This document shows, piece by piece, positions 44,503-54,588 of a stretch of DNA of 64,000 nucleotides. Source of the DNA: Candidatus Doudnabacteria bacterium (lineage in GTDB: Bacteria > Patescibacteriota > Doudnabacteria > UBA920 > 2-01-FULL-46-14); NCBI GenBank assembly GCA_023246055.1, contig JAHFJD010000001.1, positions 2,781 to 66,780 on the forward strand, in the 5' to 3' direction. A program made the translations under genes and the position numbers. Under the pieces are notes generated by a model. It was not told where the DNA came from. It saw only the letters and a list, made by a program, of their open reading frames with translations, and did no database searches. Numbering within the stretch: position 1 is the stretch's first letter; each line of letters begins with the position of its first letter.

Positions 44503-44754
44503 CTACACAGTCACAGCAACTGCTGGCTCGTTTGAAACCATTACACTCTCTGGAATTTTCTGGCCTTCTTCTAACAACTCCTCGATTACCATTTGGGCAA
44601 CCTCTTGAATATTGCGAATTGCTTCTTCTTTGCTATGACCCCAGGTGGCCGCGCCTTTGTTTTCCAACTCCGGAAGGTAAGCCCGCCAGCCGTCGCCATC
44701 AGGCTCAACCACCACCCGAAAGACATAAGATTTAGTTTTTGCTAAATATTTCAT
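44503..44754 (-). CDS. hicB: HicB-family antitoxin
   Basis: 83 aa; YVFRVVVEPDGDGWRAYLPELENKGAATWGHSKEEAIRNIQE HicB/UPF0150 fold. Confidence 0.75.
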   Translation of the reverse strand: MKYLAKTKSYVFRVVVEPDGDGWRAYLPELENKGAATWGHSKEEAIRNIQEVAQMVIEELLEEGQKIPESVMVSNEPAVAVTV

Positions 44755-44825
44755 AGGCTAAATTATACATCAAAGTGGGAGCGCTGGGAATCCCTGCCCG
44801 CAGTGCTACGCATCAGAGACTAATG

Positions 44826-44898
44826 TGGGTCCGGCGCGAGTCGAACGCGCGACCGTTGGCTTAAAAGGCCACTGCTCTACCAGCTGAGCTACGGACCC
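44826..44898 (-). tRNA. tRNA-Lys (anticodon UUU)
   Basis: GGGTCCGTAGCTCAGCTGGTAGAGCAGTGGCCTTTTAAGCCAACGGTCGCGCGTTCGACTCGCGCCGGACCCA; loop CTTTTAA. Confidence 0.85.
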
Positions 44899-44947
44899 AT
44901 AAATTTACTTGATAATTATACAAAATTTAACAAATCTTTTCCAGGCC

Positions 44948-46096
44948 TCAAAAGCTGTCTTTTATTTTTCCCCAGAAACTTTTGTTCACGTTCACTGTTT
45001 CACCAGACTCCTCGGCCAAAGTTTTGAGGAGTTCTTTTTCTTTTTTCGTGAGTTTCTGCGGGGTGACTATGCGCACAGTGACCAAATGATCGCCTCGCCG
45101 TGTTTTGTGGTCTAGGTGTGGCACCCCTTTCCCAGCGAGGCGCAAAATTTTTCCTGATTGAATTCCCGCTGGAATTTTTAACATGACCGGCCCGTCTACA
45201 GTAGCGACCTCGGTTTCCCCTCCGAGAGTGGCCCCATAAAAACTGATCGGGATCTCGCTGCGGATATCAAAGCCGTCCCGGATAAATTCCGGATGCGCTT
45301 TGACCCGAATCTGAATATACAGATCGCCGGGTTTGGTGCCGCGGTATCCCATTTCTCCTTCTCCGGTGAGGCGAATCCGCTGCCCCGAATCTATGCCGGC
45401 TGGAATGTTTATGGTAATGGTTTTTGTTTGACGTTTGATCCCCGCGCCTACGCATTCACGGCAAGGTTTTTCCGGGATTTTCCCTGTCCCATCACAACGG
45501 TCACAAGTTTGAGCTGATTGCATATTGCCGAGGATGGTGCGGCGGTGAGTGATAATCTGCCCTTGGCCATGGCATTTGGGGCAGGTGATGACCTCGGTTC
45601 CGGGTTCTGCACCTTGGCCTTTGCAATGCTGGCAAGCATCCTTTTTTTCAAGATTAATTTTCTTTTCTAACCCAGTCACGCTTTCCAGAAATTCGATATC
45701 AAGGTTCATCTCCAGGTCTATGCCCTGGGGTTTGCGGGTTTTGCGTCCCCCGCCGAAAATATCAGAGAAGATATCAGAAAAATCCGCGCTAAAAGTTGAT
45801 CCGTTTCCCGCGGAAAACCCGCCAAAGTCGAAGCCCTGAGAAAAATCCCCGGTAAATCCGCCAAAGCCGCTGCCTTGTCCGGCTTGATCAAAGGTCTGCC
45901 CGAACCGGTCATACTGCGCGCGCTTCGCGTCATCAGAGAGAGCCTCATAGGCCTCATTGACTTCCTTAAATTTTTGCGCCTCGCCGCCACCCTTGTCAGG
46001 GTGATACTCGTGCGCGAGCCGCCGATAGGCGCGTTTAATCTCGTCTTTGGACGCGGTTTTGGGAACCCCTAGAATTTGATAAAAGTCCTTAGCCAT
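44948..46096 (-). CDS. dnaJ: Chaperone DnaJ
   Basis: 382 aa; J-domain HPD, G/F region, 4x CxxCxGxG zinc finger. Confidence 0.95.
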   Translation of the reverse strand: MAKDFYQILGVPKTASKDEIKRAYRRLAHEYHPDKGGGEAQKFKEVNEAYEALSDDAKRAQYDRFGQTFDQAGQGSGFGGFTGDFSQGFDFGGFSAGNGSTFSADFSDIFSDIFGGGRKTRKPQGIDLEMNLDIEFLESVTGLEKKINLEKKDACQHCKGQGAEPGTEVITCPKCHGQGQIITHRRTILGNMQSAQTCDRCDGTGKIPEKPCRECVGAGIKRQTKTITINIPAGIDSGQRIRLTGEGEMGYRGTKPGDLYIQIRVKAHPEFIRDGFDIRSEIPISFYGATLGGETEVATVDGPVMLKIPAGIQSGKILRLAGKGVPHLDHKTRRGDHLVTVRIVTPQKLTKKEKELLKTLAEESGETVNVNKSFWGKIKDSF

Positions 46097-46173
46097 ACTA
46101 CGAAATTACGAATTTTTACGAAAGTACGAAAGGTACGTTTTCGTATGTTCGTACCGTTTCGTATTTCGTAGTA
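46097..46173. repeat. TACGAA-rich element (family 3), copy C, between dnaK stop and dnaJ ATG; identical to reverse complement of copy A
   Basis: actacgaaattacgaatttttacgaaagtacgaaaggtacgttttcgtatgttcgtaccgtttcgtatttcgtagtag. Confidence 0.8.
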
Positions 46174-46174
46174 G

Positions 46175-48025
46175 TTATTTTTTTTCTTTAAACTCCGCAT
46201 CTTCGGGTTTGTCTTTCTTCTCTTCTGTTTTCCCGTCTGCTGACTTCTGATTTCCGTCTCCCGTCTGTCCGCCAGGGGCGGACTGATACATTTGCGCGCC
46301 AACCTTTTGGATTTCCGCGCTGATTTCGTCCATTTGTTTTTTGATGGGCTCAATGTCACTGCCGTCTTTGACTTTTTTGAGCTCCGCGACCTTGGCTTCG
46401 AGGTTCGTTCTGGTTGCTACATCTATTTTATCGCCTCCATCCTTGAGAGTTTTTTCCACGACTGTGATGAGTCCGTCAGCTTGGTTGCGGATGTCCACTA
46501 CTTCGCGGCGTTTGCGGTCTTCCTCGGCATGCGCTTCCGCTTCTTTTTTCATGCGCTCTATCTCGTCTTTGGAAAGGTTGGAAGACCCGGAAATCGTGAT
46601 GTGCTGCTCTTTGCTGGTGGCCTTATCGCGAGCCGTGACCTTGAGGATGCCGTTGGCATCAATATCAAAAGTCACTTCAACCTGGGGCACACCGCGCGGT
46701 GCTGGCGGCAAGCCGTCGAGAATAAATCTCCCTAGAGATTTGTTGTCTGCGGCCATGGGCCGCTCTCCTTGCAGAACATGGATTTCGACAGAGGTCTGAT
46801 TGTCTCCGGCTGTGGAAAATGTCTGGGATTTGGCGGTGGGGATAGTGGTATTGCGTTCGATGAGAGGAGTAGCCACGCTGCCCAGAGTTTCTATTCCCAG
46901 AGTCAGGGGAGTAACATCTAAAAGCAAGACGTCTTTGACTTCACCGCCCAGGACCCCGGCCTGGATGGCTGCTCCCTTGGCGACCGCCTCCATCGGATCA
47001 ATACCGCGTTCCACTTGTTTGCCAATGTAGTCCTCTACATTTTTTTGCACTATTGGCATGCGAGTCGGACCGCCGACCATGATGATTTTATCAATATCTT
47101 TCGGCGACAATTTGGCATCAGTTAGCGCCTGTTCCAGAGAAGTTCGGGTGCGTTCCACGATCGGTCGGACGAGCTCCTCGAGCTTCGCGCGGGTGATTTT
47201 TAGGCTAAGATGTTTGGGGCCTGCGCTATCCGCGGTGATGAATGGCAGGTTGATTTCCGTTTCCAGAGTGGTGGAGAGCTCGATCTTGGCTTTTTCCGCA
47301 GCTTCCTTGAGGCGATTAAATGCCATTTTATCCTGCTTGATGTCGATTCCGGATTCTTTTTTAAATTCGTCAGCGATATATTCCATGATCCGGTTATCCA
47401 TGTCTGTGCCGCCCAAATGCGTATCGCCCGAGGTGGATACTACTTCAAACACACCTTGACCGAAATCCATGATGGTGACGTCAAGCGTGCCGCCGCCGAA
47501 ATCGAACACCAGGATTTTTTGTTCCGCACCTCCTTTATCCAGACCGTAAGCCAGAGCCGCGGCGGTTGGCTCGTTGATGATCCGGATGATTTCTAGGCCA
47601 GCGATTTCTCCGGCATTTTTTGTGGCTTGCCGCTGGGCATCGTCAAAATACGCCGGCACAGTGACCACGGCTTTGGAGATCGGTTCGCCCAGGTAGGCCT
47701 CCGCATCCTTTTTGATTTTCTGCAAGATAAAGGCGGAAATTTGTTCCGGAGTATATTCTTTGTCTTTCATTTTCACTTTATCCTTGGTTCCCATTTTACG
47801 TTTCACGGAATAGACTGTGCCTTCCGGATTGGTGACAGCTTGGCGCCTGGCTGGCTCACCCACCAGAAGCTCGCCGTCTTTTGTCATGGCCACGTAGGAT
47901 GGAAAGGCTTTGCCGCCACCGACCGTGGTGCCTTCTGCAGAGGGAATGATGACCGGCTTGCCGCCTTCGAGCACCGCCGCCGCGCTGTTAGATGTCCCGA
48001 GATCGATTCCTATAATTTTTGGCAT
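46175..48025 (-). CDS. dnaK: Chaperone DnaK (Hsp70)
   Basis: 616 aa; [23 protein letters not shown] Hsp70 signatures. Confidence 0.95.
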   Translation of the reverse strand: MPKIIGIDLGTSNSAAAVLEGGKPVIIPSAEGTTVGGGKAFPSYVAMTKDGELLVGEPARRQAVTNPEGTVYSVKRKMGTKDKVKMKDKEYTPEQISAFILQKIKKDAEAYLGEPISKAVVTVPAYFDDAQRQATKNAGEIAGLEIIRIINEPTAAALAYGLDKGGAEQKILVFDFGGGTLDVTIMDFGQGVFEVVSTSGDTHLGGTDMDNRIMEYIADEFKKESGIDIKQDKMAFNRLKEAAEKAKIELSTTLETEINLPFITADSAGPKHLSLKITRAKLEELVRPIVERTRTSLEQALTDAKLSPKDIDKIIMVGGPTRMPIVQKNVEDYIGKQVERGIDPMEAVAKGAAIQAGVLGGEVKDVLLLDVTPLTLGIETLGSVATPLIERNTTIPTAKSQTFSTAGDNQTSVEIHVLQGERPMAADNKSLGRFILDGLPPAPRGVPQVEVTFDIDANGILKVTARDKATSKEQHITISGSSNLSKDEIERMKKEAEAHAEEDRKRREVVDIRNQADGLITVVEKTLKDGGDKIDVATRTNLEAKVAELKKVKDGSDIEPIKKQMDEISAEIQKVGAQMYQSAPGGQTGDGNQKSADGKTEEKKDKPEDAEFKEKK

Positions 48026-48091
48026 ATAGATTTTCCTTACTTTAATTATTCTTATAGATCCCCGCCTCCGCAGGGATGAAAGTCGCTAGTT

Positions 48092-48550
48092 TTACTTCAC
48101 GACTTTCACCTTAGCAGGTCTGATGACTTTATTGTTAAGTTTATAGCCTGGTTGCACCTCTTCGATTATCGTTCCCGATTCTCCGTCTCCAGCTGTCATC
48201 TCTACGGCTTCATGAAGCTGAAAATCGAATCTCTCTCCCACGGTCTTGATTTTTTCTATTCCCATTTCGAGAAGCGTTTTCTCCAGTTGCTGCACGATTT
48301 TTATGACTCCTTGCGACCAAGTTTCAAATTGTTGGTCCTGGGGAGAATTTTTCAGCGCCCGCTCCAGACTCTCCAGTGTCGGCAGCATTTTTACTACCGT
48401 AACCTCTTGCGCAAACTGGATGAGTTCCTGATTTTCTTTGTCGCGCCGCTTTTTGTAATTCTCAAAATCCGCGGCAGTCCGTTTCCAATTGTTGAGGTAT
48501 TCTTCGGCTTTTTGCTTGAATTCTTCTAATTCACTATTTGTTTCTTCCAT
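48092..48550 (-). CDS. grpE: Nucleotide exchange factor GrpE
   Basis: 152 aa; GrpE coiled-coil + beta domain. Confidence 0.9.
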   Translation of the reverse strand: MEETNSELEEFKQKAEEYLNNWKRTAADFENYKKRRDKENQELIQFAQEVTVVKMLPTLESLERALKNSPQDQQFETWSQGVIKIVQQLEKTLLEMGIEKIKTVGERFDFQLHEAVEMTAGDGESGTIIEEVQPGYKLNNKVIRPAKVKVVK

Positions 48551-48560
48551 ATCATTCTTC

Positions 48561-48620
48561 TGTCATTCCCGCGGAAGCGGGAATCCAGTTTCTGGATCCC
48601 AAATCAAGTTTGGGATGACA
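48561..48620. repeat. MITE-like element (family 2) with TGTCATTCC/GGGATGACA terminal inverted repeats, 11 nt upstream of grpE ATG
   Basis: tgtcattcccgcggaagcgggaatccagtttctggatcccaaatcaagtttgggatgaca. Confidence 0.6.
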
Positions 48621-49356
48621 ATACACTGAAATTAATTATTATTGCGGCTCCCAACCCAGATGCTAACATTTTCTTCACATACTCCAGCAGGGAAATATTC
48701 CTCGCGTATTTCATACGTTTCGGTCCAATGATGCCGATCACGCCTTTTTCGCCACGTGGCAAATTGACCCGGGTGACGACAAGGCTAAAATCTTTGGCCA
48801 GTGGCACTGGCGCTTCGCGGCCGATAAATGCTTTGACCTCTTGCAAATCTTTTTTTGCGAGCATGCTTCCATATTCAGAGACGTCATCAAGGAATCTCGC
48901 GATTTCTTTGACTTCGGCTGTTGACACATTCTCATCAATCACATTCGAGAGGCCAGTGGTGCTGGCATTTCCTGGCAACAGAGCAAATGCTGCGCCGTCA
49001 GCTTCACGCGCAAGCAATTTTGTGAGGCTCTTGCCAAGCTCTATATACTGGCGCTGCAGGTCCCGCAAATCCGCATTGAGCTTTTGCTGCTCGAGTCGGG
49101 ACAATTCCAGATGTTTCATGAGTTTATTTATAAAGAACCGGAAACCCTCATCTGTCGGGATGCGCCCGGCGCTAGTATGCGGCTGATAAATATAGCCAGA
49201 CTTCTCCAAAGCCTGCATTTCGTTTCGGATCGTGGCCGCGCTCACTGAAAAACCATATTTTTCAGAGAGTTCTACAGACCCGACTGGCTGGCCGGTAGCG
49301 GAATAGTCCTTGACAATCGCAGCCAGGATTTTCGCTTGTCGTTGGGTGATTTCCAT
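48604..49356 (-). CDS. hrcA: Heat-inducible transcription repressor HrcA
   Basis: 250 aa; N-terminal wHTH; HrcA family; CIRCE upstream. Confidence 0.9.
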   Translation of the reverse strand: MEITQRQAKILAAIVKDYSATGQPVGSVELSEKYGFSVSAATIRNEMQALEKSGYIYQPHTSAGRIPTDEGFRFFINKLMKHLELSRLEQQKLNADLRDLQRQYIELGKSLTKLLAREADGAAFALLPGNASTTGLSNVIDENVSTAEVKEIARFLDDVSEYGSMLAKKDLQEVKAFIGREAPVPLAKDFSLVVTRVNLPRGEKGVIGIIGPKRMKYARNISLLEYVKKMLASGLGAAIIINFSVLSSQT

Positions 49357-49438
49357 ATACTACGAAATACGAATCTCTACGAAAATACGAATAAAATTCA
49401 TGTTTCGTAATTTCGCATCCCTTTCGTATTTCGTAGTA
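49357..49438. repeat. TACGAA-rich element (family 3), copy D, abutting hrcA ATG
   Basis: atactacgaaatacgaatctctacgaaaatacgaataaaattcatgtttcgtaatttcgcatccctttcgtatttcgtagta. Confidence 0.7.
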
Positions 49439-49447
49439 ATTATAAAT

Positions 49448-49474
49448 TTAGCACTCAACCCTGTCAAGTGCTAA
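49448..49474. promoter_or_regulatory. CIRCE operator (HrcA binding site) TTAGCACTC-N9-AAGTGCTAA
   Basis: ttagcactcaaccctgtcaagtgctaa; 1 mismatch to consensus TTAGCACTC-N9-GAGTGCTAA. Confidence 0.8.
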
Positions 49475-49588
49475 TCCTCCTCGGTGAATTCATTGGTCGA
49501 TCGTACAGATCACGATAGTCCAGGGGCAAAAAACCAGTTCGTTGTTACCATACTAGTATGCTAATACAGCGGGAAAAGACAAGATCAT

Positions 49589-49999
49589 CTAAAGAGCTCG
49601 CAAAAATTCTGTTGGTGTGAGGGTGGTGATATGTTTATAGACCTTGAGGTTGAGCAATTCACGGTCACCGGTCACAATAAAATCACAGCCGCCATCCACG
49701 GCGGCTTCTAATACTCGGTTATCATCAGGGTCTGTTTTTAAGATCTCCACAGTAGAAATCGGATGGATTAACACAAAATTCTTTCGAACCTCCTCTTCGA
49801 TCAACGTAATGTCATCGCTGGCCATATCAAATTTTCTACCCAGCACATCTGTCAGTTCTGCCAAAAGGACTGGCGAGATAATCACTTCCAGTCCCTTCGT
49901 CAAGACCAGAGACAAAATCTTCCGCGGTTTGCCGCCGCGGGTAATCGCTGATACTAAAACGTTAGTGTCAAGAACGGCCTTTTTTAGATTTTCGACCAT
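49589..49999 (-). CDS. PIN-domain toxin (VapC-like)
   Basis: 136 aa; VLDTNVLVSAI N-terminal PIN motif, conserved acidic residues. Confidence 0.8.
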   Translation of the reverse strand: MVENLKKAVLDTNVLVSAITRGGKPRKILSLVLTKGLEVIISPVLLAELTDVLGRKFDMASDDITLIEEEVRKNFVLIHPISTVEILKTDPDDNRVLEAAVDGGCDFIVTGDRELLNLKVYKHITTLTPTEFLRAL

Positions 50000-50231
50000 G
50001 CCGGTACTCGTTGACTATTCGGTCCACGTCTGCCTCGCTTTTAATTCCCAGCCTTTTGGCAGCCTCTCTGCCCGCCCGAAAAATTCTGTCCCAGCTTTGC
50101 AGCTGCCTCAAACGAAGCTGAACCGCCTCGCGAATAAATTCGCTGCGATTCTTGTATTCCGCTTTGGCAGTCTGGTCAATCTCCTTAACTAGCCCCGCTG
50201 GGAGAGCAATGTTGAAGGTTTTAGTACTCAT
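49968..50231 (-). CDS. Ribbon-helix-helix antitoxin (CopG/VapB-like)
   Basis: 87 aa; NRSEFIREAVQLRL RHH signature; overlaps PIN gene. Confidence 0.75.
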   Translation of the reverse strand: MSTKTFNIALPAGLVKEIDQTAKAEYKNRSEFIREAVQLRLRQLQSWDRIFRAGREAAKRLGIKSEADVDRIVNEYRHGRKSKKGRS

Positions 50232-50255
50232 ACAAATATTGTATATAATAAATAC

Positions 50256-50275
50256 AACCCCGTCAAGTGCTAATC
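50256..50275. repeat. 20-bp direct repeat (AACCCCGTCAAGTGCTAATC) duplicating the right half of CIRCE (49457-49476)
   Basis: 19/20 identity with aaccctgtcaagtgctaatc; the two copies bracket the vapBC cassette. Confidence 0.7.
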
Positions 50276-50297
50276 AATCAACTTCTAAAGCTAAAAT

Positions 50298-50876
50298 TTA
50301 GTTTGCAAGCTCGGCTACCACAACGAACCGTTTTAGAGATGTGCCGACCGGGTAAGAGGTTTGCAGGGTCAAGAGCCGGCGGCCGTTCGTCTCCTGGGAG
50401 AGCACGGACAGATCGTCTTTGGCTACCACGCGCGTTTCTGTGACTTGGTAGACAAATTTTTCACCCTGACTGTTTGAGATATAGATATTTTGTCCTATCT
50501 GCATTTTAGGCAGCAGCGCAAACACGGTTTTGAAATGACCTTTGGACCAGGCATTGTCAGATGAATGGCCGAAAATGTAGACATTGCCAACCTCTCCAGC
50601 ATCGGCTGTACCAGGATAATGCACGACTCCGTCAATGAGGAGAGCTTGAAATTCAGATTCATTGACTGCAGTGGCATATAGTACCGGTACCGTAATATTC
50701 AGCGCCGGAATCATGAGCACATTCGGATCTATTTTTTCCCTAACGGAAATTTGTCTTGTTGGTTTCTCGCGGCGCAACACAAACTCGACGTTCTGGCGAA
50801 AGTAATCGAAATTCAAAAGCACCCACGCGGTTGCCACCGCGAGAATCAAAATCAAGATTCTTTTGATGTGGTTCAT
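50298..50876 (-). CDS. Sortase-family transpeptidase homologue with Ser in place of the TLxTC cysteine
   Basis: 192 aa; N-terminal TM; IFGHS (His), LLTLQTSYP where TLxTC expected, KRFVVVAEL (Arg). Confidence 0.55.
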   Translation of the reverse strand: MNHIKRILILILAVATAWVLLNFDYFRQNVEFVLRREKPTRQISVREKIDPNVLMIPALNITVPVLYATAVNESEFQALLIDGVVHYPGTADAGEVGNVYIFGHSSDNAWSKGHFKTVFALLPKMQIGQNIYISNSQGEKFVYQVTETRVVAKDDLSVLSQETNGRRLLTLQTSYPVGTSLKRFVVVAELAN

Positions 50877-53761
50877 TTCAGAGATCTCGCTAAATATTGT
50901 CCCGTGTAGGACCGTTTCACGCGGGCGACTTCTTCTGGCGTGCCTTCCGCCACAATCTCACCGCCCTTATCCCCGCCCTCGGGTCCCAGATCAATGACCC
51001 AGTCAGCGTATTTGATGACATGCAGATTGTGTTCGATCACGATCACAGTGTTGCCCTTGTCCACGAGCTTTGAAAGCACAGTGAGCAAGCGCTTCACGTC
51101 CTCGAAATGCAGTCCGGTGGTCGGTTCATCGAGGATGTACAGGGTTTTGCCGGTTTGGGTGCGGGCCAGTTCCGTGGCGAGTTTGATGCGCTGGGCTTCC
51201 CCGCCCGACAGGGTCGTGGCGCTTTGGCCGAGGTGCATGTAGCCAAGGCCGACCAGGGATAATACGTCGAGTTTGCGGTAAATAATGGGAATATTGCGGA
51301 AAAAGATTCGCGCCTCATCCACAGTCATTTCCAGGACATCAGAGATATTTTTGCCTTTGTAATGAATGTCTAGGGCTTCTTTGTTGTAACGTTTGCCCTT
51401 GCATTCTTCACAAGCCACATAGACGTCCGGCAGGAAATGCATTTCGATCTGGATCACGCCATCTCCAGCGCAAGCCTCGCAACGGCCACCTTTGACATTG
51501 AATGAAAATCGCCCGGGCTCATAGCCGCGCATTTTGGCTTCCGGTGTTTCGGCAAATAAATCACGGATATAGGTAAACACCCCGGTATAGGTTGCGGGGT
51601 TGGATCGCGGGGTGCGCCCGATTGGGGATTGATCGATGTTGATGACCTTGTCAATGTTATCAAGACCCAAGATTTTTTTGTGCTCACCGGGCTGGTCTTT
51701 GGCGTTATAGAAATAAGCGGATAAAGCCTTGGCCAAAATGTCATTGAGCAGAGTGGATTTTCCCGAACCGGACACGCCAGTGATACTGATAAATTTTCCC
51801 AAAGGGATGCTGACGTCCAAATTTCTCAAGTTGTGTTCGCGAGCGCCATAGATGGTGATTTTTTTGCCGTTACCGGTTCTGCGCCGGGCCGGGATCGGGA
51901 TGCTTTCCTGCCCCGCAAGGTAACGACCGGTGAGTGATGTAGGATTTTCTTTGATGTCAACTGGAGTGCCCGCAGCTACGACCTCACCTCCGTGTTTGCC
52001 AGCTCCGGGCCCAATGTCCACAACCCAGTCAGCGCTCGCTATGGTATCCTCGTCATGCTCCACAACGATCACGGTATTGCCGAGATCACGGAGTGTTCGC
52101 AGGGTATCGAGTAAACGATCATTGTCCCGTTGATGCAATCCGATCGACGGTTCGTCGAGAATATACAGGACTCCGGTCAGGCCGGACCCGATTTGGGTGG
52201 CGAGCCTGATGCGCTGGGCTTCCCCGCCCGAGAGCGTGTCAGCGCCGCGGTTCAGAGTTAAATATTCCAGACCGACATTGTCGAGGAAATTCAGCCGGGA
52301 CCGAATTTCCTTGATGATTTGCTTACCGATTTTCAAATCCTTCTCGGACAGCTGACCTGCGAGGAGTTCAAAGAATTTCCGCAGTGCATCTACAGTGAGG
52401 CTTGATACATCCATAATGGATTTGCCCGTCTCGCCTCGGCTCGCCGAGGTCGGATCCATAACCGTGACCGCTAATATTTCGGGACGGAGTCTTTTACCCT
52501 GACATGTGGGGCAGGTTTTGAGGCGCATGTATTGCTCAATTTCTGACCGCATGTAGTCCGAATCGGTTTCGCGATATCGGCGCATAAGATTTGGCACCAC
52601 GCCCTCAAAATCGAGATTGTTGTCTTTGGAGCCATAAAGAATAATGTCGAGAAATTTTTTGTTGAGTGTTTTTACCGGGACATTGGCCGAAAAGCCATGA
52701 GCTGTCGCGACGTCATCGATGATCCGATCATACCAGGATAACCTTGCCGTAGTTTTGCTCCACGGACGAATCGCGCCTTCAGCGAGGGACAATCGCGGAT
52801 TGGGAATCACGAGTTCTGGATCAACCTCAAGTTTGGTCCCGAGTCCCGTACAATCAGGACAAGCGCCATGCGGCGAGTTGAAGGAAAAATTTCGCGGATG
52901 AAGTTCTGCCAAACTGACATGTCCTTCGGGGCAAGCGAATTTCTGTGAAAGAGTTAGCGTCTGGTTTGTATCTGGAAAATAGACGACCGCGGTTTCATTT
53001 CCCAGATCGAGAGCAGTCTCCAAAGAGTCGCTGATGCGAGCCCGATCATTGCGCTCGATAGTCAAGCGATCCACCACCACATCCACTGAATGTTTTTTCT
53101 TTTTGTCGAGATCGGTTGCGAGTGCTTCTGCGATATCTATGAATGTGCCGTCGATTCGCACTCTGGCATAGCCGGCTTTTTTTATTTCCTCGAAGACGTG
53201 TTTGTGTTCTCCCTTGCGGTCGGATATGAAAGAGGCTAGGAGCATGAGTTTGGTGCCGCGGGGGTAGTCCAGGATTTGGTCGACCATGGCGGTCACGGTT
53301 TGGCCGGCAATTTTTTTCCCGCAAACTGGGCAATGCGGCACGCCGATCCGCGCAAACAGTAACCGCAAATAGTCATAGATCTCCGTAACCGTCCCCACTG
53401 TCGAGCGCGGATTATGGGAGGCAGATTTTTGGTCAATGGAAATCGCCGGACTAAGACCCTCGATTTGCTCGACGTCTGGTTTGTCCATGAGCCCTAAAAA
53501 TTGCCTGGCATAAGCCGAGAGACTCTCCACATATCGCCTCTGGCCCTCGGCATAAATCGTGTCAAAAGCCAAAGAGGATTTTCCAGAGCCGGAGATGCCG
53601 GTGAATACGATGAGTTTGTTACGCGGCAAATCCAGGTCAATGTTTTTGAGATTGTGAACCTTGGCCCCGCGGATTTTGATCAAACCAGCGCTCCCCCCTT
53701 CTGGCCTTAAAATAAGGGAGGAATGAGGCGGGTTATTAGATTTAGAATTACGTTTGGTCAT
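50873..53761 (-). CDS. uvrA: Excinuclease ABC subunit A
   Basis: 962 aa; two ABC ATPase modules, zinc fingers, UvrA signatures. Confidence 0.95.
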   Translation of the reverse strand: MTKRNSKSNNPPHSSLILRPEGGSAGLIKIRGAKVHNLKNIDLDLPRNKLIVFTGISGSGKSSLAFDTIYAEGQRRYVESLSAYARQFLGLMDKPDVEQIEGLSPAISIDQKSASHNPRSTVGTVTEIYDYLRLLFARIGVPHCPVCGKKIAGQTVTAMVDQILDYPRGTKLMLLASFISDRKGEHKHVFEEIKKAGYARVRIDGTFIDIAEALATDLDKKKKHSVDVVVDRLTIERNDRARISDSLETALDLGNETAVVYFPDTNQTLTLSQKFACPEGHVSLAELHPRNFSFNSPHGACPDCTGLGTKLEVDPELVIPNPRLSLAEGAIRPWSKTTARLSWYDRIIDDVATAHGFSANVPVKTLNKKFLDIILYGSKDNNLDFEGVVPNLMRRYRETDSDYMRSEIEQYMRLKTCPTCQGKRLRPEILAVTVMDPTSASRGETGKSIMDVSSLTVDALRKFFELLAGQLSEKDLKIGKQIIKEIRSRLNFLDNVGLEYLTLNRGADTLSGGEAQRIRLATQIGSGLTGVLYILDEPSIGLHQRDNDRLLDTLRTLRDLGNTVIVVEHDEDTIASADWVVDIGPGAGKHGGEVVAAGTPVDIKENPTSLTGRYLAGQESIPIPARRRTGNGKKITIYGAREHNLRNLDVSIPLGKFISITGVSGSGKSTLLNDILAKALSAYFYNAKDQPGEHKKILGLDNIDKVINIDQSPIGRTPRSNPATYTGVFTYIRDLFAETPEAKMRGYEPGRFSFNVKGGRCEACAGDGVIQIEMHFLPDVYVACEECKGKRYNKEALDIHYKGKNISDVLEMTVDEARIFFRNIPIIYRKLDVLSLVGLGYMHLGQSATTLSGGEAQRIKLATELARTQTGKTLYILDEPTTGLHFEDVKRLLTVLSKLVDKGNTVIVIEHNLHVIKYADWVIDLGPEGGDKGGEIVAEGTPEEVARVKRSYTGQYLARSLK

Positions 53762-53909
53762 AGTATCTAGAGAAGTCTTGAGAGTGAAATTTATTCAAAA
53801 CAAGCTGTCCGCCGAGGAGGCGGATAACTGCCTGCCATTCTATCACTATTGTCAAGACGAGTCAATCGCCTTATGATATTTGGGTAAAACCTAGCATCTA
53901 GGAGGAACC

Positions 53910-54482
53910 ATGACTGAACAAGGTCAAACCACGCTCGTGATCATTGGGACAAAGAAACAAGATTTGCCGCCGGCTATCCAACAGAGTCGCGAAAATCTAT
54001 TTTGGAGTCCGGATAAACTCCATACGATGAGGGGAATCCCTTCCGGAATTGAAAGAGCAGTGACCACGGAGCAGATGCCTGTGGCTGTAAGAAACGCGCT
54101 CCAGAATGTACCGAAAGACGCGGCGACCATCGTCCAGGTGGTCAAAGATGTGAGGGCGTTGGCTGAGTATTTAGGATCGCGTACGGACCTCGTCTCCACT
54201 GCGTCACCGATTATCCTCATCATTCCGGATCGGTCAGTGCTGTCACCAGAGTTAGAAAAGGTGCTGGCAAATTTCGCGGACAGGATTGCTATGCGCACGA
54301 AAGCAGAGGCCATGCAGTTTGTCGGCAATCCCACCACCACCACTGCAGTCATCCTGTTCCGCGTGGACGATCGAGAGCTCAAAGCCCGTCTGGCAGTGTG
54401 GATGATTGGCGATGAAAGTATGAAGCTTTATTCTGCCAGAAATTTAGGCGCGCTCCTGGATTTGCTCGAGGACCTGGGATGA
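53910..54482 (+). CDS. Hypothetical protein
   Basis: 190 aa ORF between uvrA and uvrC, no recognised domain. Confidence 0.45.
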   Translation: MTEQGQTTLVIIGTKKQDLPPAIQQSRENLFWSPDKLHTMRGIPSGIERAVTTEQMPVAVRNALQNVPKDAATIVQVVKDVRALAEYLGSRTDLVSTASPIILIIPDRSVLSPELEKVLANFADRIAMRTKAEAMQFVGNPTTTTAVILFRVDDRELKARLAVWMIGDESMKLYSARNLGALLDLLEDLG

Positions 54483-54588
54483 CCAGCAAAATTTAGAGAC
54501 GGATCGCATTTAGACTCTTCAAAAAAAGAATCTGAATTGATCCGTTTTTTTAAAGTAATTATTTGGAAAACATCTATAATAGAAGAGT

